Shown piece after piece: positions 17,963-24,599 of a stretch of DNA of 32,000 bases. This stretch comes from Erysipelotrichaceae bacterium MTC7 (lineage in GTDB: Bacteria; Bacillota_I; Bacilli_A; Erysipelotrichales; Erysipelotrichaceae): assembly GCA_001695645.1 (NCBI GenBank), contig LVZN01000056.1, positions 60,001 through 92,000 on the forward strand, in the 5' to 3' direction. The translations under genes were made by a program, and so were the position numbers. Positions within the stretch are counted from its first letter, which is position 1, and each line of letters begins with the position of its first letter. The notes beneath the pieces are model-generated. The model worked only from the letters and a program-made list of their open reading frames with translations. It was not told the origin of the DNA and did no database searches.

Positions 17963-18590
17963 TTCGTTTATTTACCTCCTGTTGCAAATCCTCAAGAACT
18001 TGCATAATTTCTTTTCGTTTTAAACGAAAACTAGCTTTATTGACAATGACTCTAGCACTGATATCACAAATGCGATCAAGTACCACAAGACCATTTTCTT
18101 TTAAGGTTGTTCCGGTTTCCATAATATCAACAATCGCATCGCATAGTCCTAGGATTGGAGCAAGTTCAACCGAACCTTCAATTTTGATAATTTCAACATC
18201 CAAACCACGATTTTTAAAATACGTTTTGGCAACCGTAGGATATTTCGTTCCAATCTTGATATGTCCATTTTTTGTAAACGGATCTTTCCCAGGTAAACTA
18301 GCTACGATAAAACCACATTTCCCAAGTTCTAAATCAAGTAGCTCATAGAAGCGATTTCGTGATTCCAATAATGTATCTTTACCAACAAATCCCATATCAG
18401 CAACCCCTTGTTCAACATAAGTTACACAATCCGCTGCTTTTACCAAAAAGTAAGAAATGTCTTTCTTTGTATCTTGAATCACCAATTGTCTTGTATCCTT
18501 TTGTAAGTTTTCAACACCATAGTCACATGCTTCAAGCATTTTTACACTTTGCTTTTGCAATCGTCCTTTTGTTAATGCAATTGAAATCAT
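17946..18590 (-). CDS. hisG: ATP phosphoribosyltransferase, short (HisZ-dependent) form
   Basis: 214 aa, lacking the C-terminal regulatory domain. IALTKGRL, DIMETGTTL.ENGL are present. Its start overlaps the hisZ stop by 4 nt. Confidence 0.95.
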   Translation of the reverse strand: MISIALTKGRLQKQSVKMLEACDYGVENLQKDTRQLVIQDTKKDISYFLVKAADCVTYVEQGVADMGFVGKDTLLESRNRFYELLDLELGKCGFIVASLPGKDPFTKNGHIKIGTKYPTVAKTYFKNRGLDVEIIKIEGSVELAPILGLCDAIVDIMETGTTLKENGLVVLDRICDISARVIVNKASFRLKRKEIMQVLEDLQQEVNKRNVEKS

Positions 18591-19711
18591 AAACTTTCTC
18601 CTTTAATTTTAACACCTTTTATCGCCGGATTCGGTGCTAACACTACAATTGTATCTTCTGTGAATTCCTTACGTTTTGTAATAGCTTCAACCAAGGCACC
18701 TTCCCCATATTCAATTTCTACTTTTGTATCTGTATTTTCATACGCATAGGCTTCCATCAATTGGTCAAGTTTAATCGAGAAACCAACTGCTGGACTACTT
18801 TTTCCAAAGCGTGCAAGCAAGTCATCGTAACGACCTCCTGATAACACACGCAAACCAACACCTTCAACAAATGCATCAAAGATGATTCCTGTGTAATAAT
18901 TTAAATTTCCAATCTTACTTAGATCAAAACTAACCATATCTTCATAACCAAGACTTTGCAGGGTTTCATATACTTTTTCTAAATTATCGATAACCGCATG
19001 CAACGCATCATTACATGCATAACTTCTAGCTTTTGCTAAAACATCAACTGGACCACTCCACCAAATCATCTCAGTAAAGAAGGTTGCATACATATCATCA
19101 ACTTTAAGTGCTTTGACATAGTCTTTTAGTTCGACTAGCGCTTTACGATCAATTAACATGGCAAGTGTTTCCATTTGTTCATCATTCAACTTAGCAGCTT
19201 TACAAGCTTCTTTAAAGAAACGAACATCACCAATTTCAAATGTAAAATCTTGTTTCTCAACAACCTTCAATGCATCCAAAGCTGTAACTAAAATTTCAAT
19301 ATCACCTTCTGGTTCTTTTAAACCAATGAGTTCCACACCACAGTCCGTAATTTCATTTTTATTCCCAGATAACATTTCGTGTGCCTTGAATACATTTGCA
19401 CTGTATGAGAATCGTAAAGGTCCTTCAATTTCCTTAAATTTTGTCGCGCAGACACGAGCGATTGGAATTGTCATATCCGCCTTTAAAGTCACAATACGAC
19501 CATGGTCATCCATGGATTTATAGAAATCTTCTTCCTTCACATTTTGGAAACCTACTTCATAAGTTTCATAGTATTCAATACCTGGTGTAATGACTTCATC
19601 ATATCCCCAACGTTTGAATGTTTTTTCAATTTCTTGTTGCAGTTGTCTTTTTTTCTTTGCATCAGTTAAAACTAAATCGCGCATTCCCGACGGTACACTA
19701 AATGTATTCAT
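18587..19711 (-). CDS. hisZ: ATP phosphoribosyltransferase regulatory subunit (HisRS paralogue)
   Basis: 374 aa. P.GMRDL, WGY.E..TP..EY and GGRYD form a class II aaRS-like core without an anticodon-binding domain. It is the first gene after the T-box. Confidence 0.9.
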   Translation of the reverse strand: MNTFSVPSGMRDLVLTDAKKKRQLQQEIEKTFKRWGYDEVITPGIEYYETYEVGFQNVKEEDFYKSMDDHGRIVTLKADMTIPIARVCATKFKEIEGPLRFSYSANVFKAHEMLSGNKNEITDCGVELIGLKEPEGDIEILVTALDALKVVEKQDFTFEIGDVRFFKEACKAAKLNDEQMETLAMLIDRKALVELKDYVKALKVDDMYATFFTEMIWWSGPVDVLAKARSYACNDALHAVIDNLEKVYETLQSLGYEDMVSFDLSKIGNLNYYTGIIFDAFVEGVGLRVLSGGRYDDLLARFGKSSPAVGFSIKLDQLMEAYAYENTDTKVEIEYGEGALVEAITKRKEFTEDTIVVLAPNPAIKGVKIKGESL

Positions 19712-19732
19712 GTTTTGTTCCTCCTATATAAA

Positions 19733-19992
19733 CAAAAAAAACCTTCATCCAAAGGACGAAAGTTTACCTTACGTGGTTCCACCTTTTTTTATTGGTACTT
19801 CGCAGCACCAACCTCTTCGAGTACTATCATACTCTAGCAAGATAACGGTTGCAGGGACACCGATGAAGACTACTTACGTTCACCTTCATAACTCCAAGAC
19901 GTGTTCACAGTTTTGCCAATCTTCTTTTTCACCAACCAAGAAGTCTCTACGTTTATTAAAACCGTTACTATTTCTTATCATCGTTTATTGTT
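19733..19992 (-). promoter_or_regulatory. T-box riboswitch leader, His specifier (CAC)
   Basis: Read on the minus strand. Stem I has AGAGA, the helix CTTCTT...AAGAAG and the distal GGTTGGTGAAA. The specifier loop is GAA-CAC-G, with CAC at 19903..19901. The T-box is AAAGGTGGAACCACG (19783..19772). The terminator is CTTTCGTCC-TTT-GGATGAAGG (19762..19742) followed by T8, then an AGGAGG SD. Confidence 0.88.
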
Positions 19993-19998
19993 AGCATC

Positions 19999-20027
19999 AT
20001 TATAAGATTTCTTTTTATGATTGTCAA
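19999..20027 (-). promoter_or_regulatory. consensus sigma-A promoter of the his operon
   Basis: On the minus strand: TTGACA (20027..20022), exactly 17 nt, then TATAAT (20004..19999). Both hexamers match consensus perfectly. Confidence 0.8.
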
Positions 20028-20060
20028 CACATTTTCATTTTCTTTCATGTAAATTGTTTC

Positions 20061-20090
20061 ATAAAATAGAAAACCAGATTTCTCTGGTTT
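20061..20090 (-). terminator. rho-independent terminator closing the PCAT locus
   Basis: On the minus strand: AAACCAGA-GAAA-TCTGGTTT (8-bp stem, 20090..20071), then TCTATTTTAT. It begins 8 nt after the stop of the 111-aa gene. Confidence 0.6.
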
Positions 20091-20097
20091 CTTTGAA

Positions 20098-20433
20098 CTA
20101 AAGATAACTAGCCCAACGTGGGGTTCTGCCCCATGGCATGGTATGGAAATATACGCGAATTCCATTTCCATTAGCTCCATTCTTGAAGACTTTTGCCGCT
20201 CCTCCAAGAACGGTCGCAATGGCTGTTGCATAAGGTGCAGCTGCAGCACAGAAGTAAGCAATGGCACTAGAAACAGTTGATCCAACACTCAACCACCAAG
20301 AGATGTTTTTACAATCCGTTTTTGTCATTGTATACGTCCATTGTGCATGGCCAACATTTGTCCAATACCCTTGTCCATAACGTTCTTGTTGTAAGGATAA
20401 AGCAGCATAATGTTTAGGTAAAATAAGTTCCAT
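20098..20433 (-). CDS. 111-aa cationic Trp/Tyr-rich protein with Ala/Gly/Ser-rich hydrophobic core; candidate exported cargo (bacteriocin-like), family not recognised
   Basis: Strong SD AAAGGAGGA lies before the ATG. It is the last gene of the PCAT locus. It has 6 Trp, 8 Tyr, 9 K/R and 3 D/E. Residues 46-83 (WWLSVGSTVSSAIAYFCAAAAPYATAIATVLGGAAKVF) form small-xxx-small ladders. Confidence 0.75.
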   Translation of the reverse strand: MELILPKHYAALSLQQERYGQGYWTNVGHAQWTYTMTKTDCKNISWWLSVGSTVSSAIAYFCAAAAPYATAIATVLGGAAKVFKNGANGNGIRVYFHTMPWGRTPRWASYL

Positions 20434-20452
20434 GGTTCCTCCTTTCTAAGCG

Positions 20453-20475
20453 AGGTGCTCACCTTATATTCACCT
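20453..20475. promoter_or_regulatory. clustered AGGTG/CACCT motifs upstream of the 111-aa gene (possible operator)
   Basis: The plus strand reads AGGTG-ct-CACCT-tatat-tCACCT. That is an inverted repeat (20453..20464) plus a direct repeat of TCACCT with an 11-bp period (20459..20464 and 20470..20475). It lies 20-40 nt upstream of the start codon. Confidence 0.3.
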
Positions 20476-20478
20476 GAT

Positions 20479-20505
20479 AAAAAAAGAATCCTAAGATTCT
20501 TTTTT
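20479..20505 (-). terminator. AT-rich terminator-like hairpin between the HlyD gene and the 111-aa gene
   Basis: On the minus strand: AAGAATC-TTAG-GATTCTT, a 7-bp stem extendable through flanking A/T runs, followed by T5+. It starts right at the HlyD stop codon. Confidence 0.45.
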
Positions 20506-21724
20506 AGTAAGTAGTTTCCTTCAGTTGCAAAAGTGTAAGTAGATAATCCACATAGGTTTCTTCTTCATAGATGATTTTACAAGTCACGGGCATCCCTTTT
20601 TTTAATTGTTGAAAACTCTTGGTATCCTTAACTTTTGGATAATTCATCATCACCAGCATACGATACACAAGTTGCCTACCTTCAGCACTATCTTGAGATA
20701 AGCTTCCTTGATCAATTGAGGTTACCATACCAGGAATACTTGGATATACATTGGAGTTCAAGCCATTCAATTCAATCAAGACTGGTTGACCAACTTTGAC
20801 TTTGGCAATTTCATTGGCATCAATATACGTTTCGACAACCCATTTTTTTGGTTCGTTTTCACTTATTTGGGCAATGACTCCATTGCTTTGAATGCTAAGT
20901 CCTTCATACATTGGGTTTAGATAATGCACATACCCTTCATTGCTAGCACGTATGACATAGGTCGATGCACTAGTTGATGCTAAAAGTGTATTGCTTTCCA
21001 GTTCTTGTTTTTGCGTTTCTACTTGCGTTCTTTGCGTCCCCAATTCACTAACAAATTGATAAAATAGTTTCTCGCTTTGCGGTACGTTTTGCAGTTCTTG
21101 TTGCAACTGTTTGATTTCTTCTTGAATATTTTCTAAACTTGCTTGTTTTGCTTCTTGTTCCAAGGAATCTGTAGTTTTCGACAGGGCTTGTTGTTCCTTG
21201 TGAAGCTTTTCTTTTTTCAGTGCTAAATTTTCCTGAACACGTTGCTTGGTTACTTGCTCTTCAGCTAACTGCAATAAGTAGTATTCCACTTTCCCATAAT
21301 ATTCTTGTTGTAGTCCTTTGTTTTGTAAGTGGTTTGTTTTTTCACGTAACGACTGTTCATACAAATCCATAATGGATAATTTCTCTTTGGTCTGTGCGTA
21401 CTGGTCATGTAATGCTTCTACTTCGCTTCCATTTTTTCCATCACTTAATACCAATAAGATTTCACCCGTCTTGATATAATCACCCTCATTTGCTTCAATG
21501 GAAACAACCACACCTTGTGCATTACTGCTCACATAATGATTCTCTTTAGAAACAATACTTCCTTGACCGTAAACCACATAGGGTTTTGTAAAACGTGTAA
21601 TCGCGATTCCAAAACCAATCATAAATAGTAATGTGATTAGGAGGGTATATATGGCGTATTTGGGTGGCTTACGATCAAAGAAAAATCGTGTATAGGTTAA
21701 ATCATGAATGTTGAATAATTTCAC
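20504..21724 (-). CDS. HlyD-family bacteriocin secretion accessory protein (LcnD/ComB type membrane fusion protein)
   Basis: 406 aa. It has an N-terminal TM helix (YAIYTLLITLLFMIGFGIAI), a barrel-sandwich segment (G.I..G..LL), a long Q/E-rich coiled coil and a C-terminal beta domain. The GTG start is preceded by GAAGGGG. Confidence 0.9.
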   Translation of the reverse strand: MKLFNIHDLTYTRFFFDRKPPKYAIYTLLITLLFMIGFGIAITRFTKPYVVYGQGSIVSKENHYVSSNAQGVVVSIEANEGDYIKTGEILLVLSDGKNGSEVEALHDQYAQTKEKLSIMDLYEQSLREKTNHLQNKGLQQEYYGKVEYYLLQLAEEQVTKQRVQENLALKKEKLHKEQQALSKTTDSLEQEAKQASLENIQEEIKQLQQELQNVPQSEKLFYQFVSELGTQRTQVETQKQELESNTLLASTSASTYVIRASNEGYVHYLNPMYEGLSIQSNGVIAQISENEPKKWVVETYIDANEIAKVKVGQPVLIELNGLNSNVYPSIPGMVTSIDQGSLSQDSAEGRQLVYRMLVMMNYPKVKDTKSFQQLKKGMPVTCKIIYEEETYVDYLLTLLQLKETTY

Positions 21725-22184
21725 GACTTGCCCCTTCTAATGGAACATACATAACTGCGTGTATACACGTTTCTGAGTTTTCATAAAATAAAGTATACAA
21801 TTCGCCTGTACTGACATACTCATGCTCATACAAGTACACACTGAGTTTTTGGTGCGATAGATCAAAAAACCTTGGATGATCACAAAACTCGACACGTAAA
21901 CAGTTCTCTAGTGAAATTGAGGCTATTGTTTCAAACCCAGGTGTATCGTGTTCGCTTTGCACCATCAGGATGTAATCCAGTAATAAATCACCTTGTCCAG
22001 TAAACGTGCTACCACAGAGTTTATGTATCAACGGTCCTGTAGTTTGAACCTTTTGTAGCTGGATGCGATTGATAAATTGTTGTAAATAACGTTCAAATTC
22101 GTATACTTGAATTTGTTTGATGTTTTCTATTGCAAGCTGGGTAAACACGATGGATTCATGTTCAGTAATTTTTATTTGTTTCAT
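21702..22184 (-). CDS. GyrI/SbmC-like (small-molecule-binding fold) protein, 160 aa
   Basis: I chose the ATG at 22184, right after AAAAGGAGGA and 10 nt past the PCAT stop. By eye it aligns with E. coli SbmC along the whole length (IKITEHESIVF..., FERYLQQF..., LLLDYILMV, GFETIASI, YLYEHEY, ELYTLFYEN, HAVMYVPLE). The fold call has not been verified by search. Confidence 0.6.
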   Translation of the reverse strand: MKQIKITEHESIVFTQLAIENIKQIQVYEFERYLQQFINRIQLQKVQTTGPLIHKLCGSTFTGQGDLLLDYILMVQSEHDTPGFETIASISLENCLRVEFCDHPRFFDLSHQKLSVYLYEHEYVSTGELYTLFYENSETCIHAVMYVPLEGASREIIQHS

Positions 22185-22194
22185 AATCCTCCTT

Positions 22195-24357
22195 TTATTG
22201 TCTTTCAAGCATTCGATAGTAATATCCTTTGCGAAGATACAATTCATCATGATTTCCTGACTCCAATACACGTCCACTGGTTAATACATGAATCACATCA
22301 CACTTACGAACCGTGGAAAGTCGATGCGCAATCACAATACGTGTATAACCGGCAAGTTGATTGAAGATGACATCACTGATCAATGCTTCGCTTTGGCTAT
22401 CTAAGTTACTTGTTACTTCATCAAAGACGTAGATATCTGGTTTCTTCAATAATGCACGTGCAATCCCAATGCGTTGTTTTTGTCCACCAGATATATTGCT
22501 TGCACCTTCTTGTAAGATACTTAAATAGCGATGTTCAAGCCCATCAATCCATTCATGAATTCCGACTTGCTTACATACACGAACAATTTCTTCAAAACTT
22601 ACATCAGGGTTCGCAAGTTTTAGATTGTCCAAAATGGTACCAGAAAATAGTTGAACTTCTTGTGGAACATAGGCAATCTTGTTTCGCAGCGTTTGTAAGT
22701 TTAGATCTTTAATGTTGTAATTACCAATGGTAATATGCCCATCTCCTACTTCATAGTAGCGCAGCAACAAGCGAACCAATGTCGTTTTCCCACCACCACT
22801 ATCACCAACCAAACCAACGACTTCTCCCGGTTTGAAACTAAGATTTAAACTTTGAAATAACGGTTTGTGTTTTTGATAGCCAAATTGTACCTGGGTAAAA
22901 TGAATCATTTTATCCAATGTAAAAGTATCAATACTTGCTTCTTGGTGTTCCTCACTTTCTAATTCCATAAGTTCACGTAGTCGTGAAATAGATATGCTAA
23001 CTTCTTGAAAACGCAACTGTAAGGACACGAGACTTTGAATCGGTTCCATAAAATATTGAGACAACGTTTGAAAAACTAGCAAGTCACCAATGCTCATTTT
23101 TTGTTGCATAATAAAGTACGCTCCGACCCCTAAAAACAAATAGTTGCACAAACCATTAATGGAATTTGCTAGAAAGGATTGCAAGATGGATAGTTTTCCC
23201 TCCTGATAACCAATCGTCAATGTTTTAATAAAATTTTGTTCAATTTGCATCAAACGAAGTTGTTCATTGTTTTGCGACTTGACCGTATCCATGTTTTGCA
23301 AGGTTTCCACCAATGTTGCATTCATTTGTGAATTGGTTTCCATTTGTTTCACGTTGATTGCTTTGTATGGCTTTTTAAAAACATAGATTAAGACAATGTT
23401 AATACAAACAATAACTAACAAGATTAGAAACAACGTTTGATTCAAGCGGAATAAAATCAGTGATGAACACAAAGCTAACACGATGTCCATCAACAAAGAA
23501 ATAGCAACATTAGAAAAAACTTCTTTAATTGTGATGGCATCTTGAAAACGTGTCAAAATATCTCCTACTTTGCGATTTTTAAAGTACCCGTAAGGTAGAT
23601 ACAAAACGTGTTTAAAATAACCTAGTAACAATGGAATATCAATTTTTCTAGAGAAAAATAACAAGACATGTTCACGTGCTGCACTCAAAAGATTTTGAAG
23701 CAACAAGATAAAACAGAAAAATACCAAATACATGATGAGTAATTGACCTCGGTTGTATGGAATAATTTCATCCATCACAATTTTTGAAAACAGAGAAGAT
23801 AATAACCCCAATACAGTCAAGAGTATCGACATGACTATGACTTGTATGACCAGTTTCTTATGTGGCAAAATCAGTGATGAAAACAAGGTTAGCAACGAAT
23901 GACTTTTCATGGCATCTCTTGTCACTTCTTGATTTTTCACCAACACAATCACAATTCCACCAAACATTGTCTCGAGTTCCATTTTACTCACTTTGCAAAC
24001 ACCTTTGAGTGGATCAGCTAGTATGTATTGATCATTCTTACAAATCTTATAAAGCAAAACATAATGCCACTGTCCACTTTCATTACTTACTTGTAAGATG
24101 ATTGGAAAATTCATCTTTTCATGTAAGTCATTGATACTTGTTCGCACTGCCTGTGCTAAATATCCATGTCCCTGTAAGGTTTCCACCATACCTTCGATGT
24201 TGGTTCCACGCAATTGAACACCAACTTCTTCACGTAAGGTTTCATAACTATACGCGACACCATCGTGTTGAAATACACTTGCGATAACTGCAACACCACA
24301 ATCGTAATCATCCCTTTGATAAACACAAGTGTATCGTTTTTTACGAATCAGGTTCAT
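22195..24357 (-). CDS. peptidase-containing ABC transporter (PCAT): C39 peptidase + 6-TM + ABC ATPase
   Basis: 720 aa. The C39 residues are Q14 and C20 (VYQRDDYDCGVAVIA), His (GQWHYVLL) and Asp (LADP). The ATPase has Walker A GDSGGGKTT, signature ISGGQKQR, Walker B IYVFDE and H-loop IAHRLST. Confidence 0.95.
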   Translation of the reverse strand: MNLIRKKRYTCVYQRDDYDCGVAVIASVFQHDGVAYSYETLREEVGVQLRGTNIEGMVETLQGHGYLAQAVRTSINDLHEKMNFPIILQVSNESGQWHYVLLYKICKNDQYILADPLKGVCKVSKMELETMFGGIVIVLVKNQEVTRDAMKSHSLLTLFSSLILPHKKLVIQVIVMSILLTVLGLLSSLFSKIVMDEIIPYNRGQLLIMYLVFFCFILLLQNLLSAAREHVLLFFSRKIDIPLLLGYFKHVLYLPYGYFKNRKVGDILTRFQDAITIKEVFSNVAISLLMDIVLALCSSLILFRLNQTLFLILLVIVCINIVLIYVFKKPYKAINVKQMETNSQMNATLVETLQNMDTVKSQNNEQLRLMQIEQNFIKTLTIGYQEGKLSILQSFLANSINGLCNYLFLGVGAYFIMQQKMSIGDLLVFQTLSQYFMEPIQSLVSLQLRFQEVSISISRLRELMELESEEHQEASIDTFTLDKMIHFTQVQFGYQKHKPLFQSLNLSFKPGEVVGLVGDSGGGKTTLVRLLLRYYEVGDGHITIGNYNIKDLNLQTLRNKIAYVPQEVQLFSGTILDNLKLANPDVSFEEIVRVCKQVGIHEWIDGLEHRYLSILQEGASNISGGQKQRIGIARALLKKPDIYVFDEVTSNLDSQSEALISDVIFNQLAGYTRIVIAHRLSTVRKCDVIHVLTSGRVLESGNHDELYLRKGYYYRMLERQ

Positions 24358-24514
24358 CGTATTTTCGTATAAGCATCAAGGAAATAAACATGATAAGCGT
24401 AAAAAGAAAAATAAGATTTGTGTATTGTAAAGGAATGATTTGAAAGGTCACTAACAATCCTGTTCCAATTGCCAGCCAACTGCTCATTTGATAAACGATA
24501 TGTATGTATTTCAT
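24341..24514 (-). CDS. 57-aa two-TM membrane protein (candidate immunity or accessory protein)
   Basis: MKYIHIVYQMSSWLAIGTGLLVTFQIIPLQYTNLIFLFTLIMFISLMLIRKYDEPDS. The ATG at 24514 is 6 nt after GGAGG. The 3' end overlaps the PCAT start by 17 nt. The longer ORF-track version runs through a terminator. Confidence 0.6.
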   Translation of the reverse strand: MKYIHIVYQMSSWLAIGTGLLVTFQIIPLQYTNLIFLFTLIMFISLMLIRKYDEPDS

Positions 24515-24562
24515 AGAAAACCTCCGTTCACTTATGTATTGGTAAAAACACGTAGATTTCCT

Positions 24563-24594
24563 AAAAAAAAGAAGCCACTCTACTGAGTAGCTTC
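24563..24594 (-). terminator. rho-independent terminator after the GntR gene
   Basis: 10-bp stem with one mismatch (24571..24580 and 24585..24594) and a 4-nt loop. On the minus strand it is followed by T8. Confidence 0.7.
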
Positions 24595-24599
24595 CATGT

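Noticed and set aside
20098-20202. The internal GG (residues 77-78) as the cleavage site of a very long NHLP/Nif11-type leader, releasing a 33-aa C-terminal peptide.
   Set aside because: The would-be leader is hydrophobic and zipper-like rather than the soluble conserved leader domain of those families. The -8/-12/-15 leader positions do not fit. No modification enzymes are nearby. I keep this only as an alternative to test by MS.
19590-20288. ORFs 19590..19994 (+, 134 aa) and 19968..20288 (-, 106 aa) spanning the his leader region.
   Set aside because: They run through the T-box leader, its terminator, the consensus promoter and the PCAT-locus terminator. The minus-strand ORF also overlaps the SD-supported 111-aa gene out of frame. 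I treat both as chance open frames.
20359-20379. YGQGY (residues 19-23) in the 111-aa protein as a degenerate class IIa pediocin box (YGNGV).
   Set aside because: Only a 3-of-5 match. No GG cleavage site precedes it. The conserved disulfide pair and the rest of the class IIa N-terminal sheet are absent, and the protein is more than twice the size of class IIa peptides.
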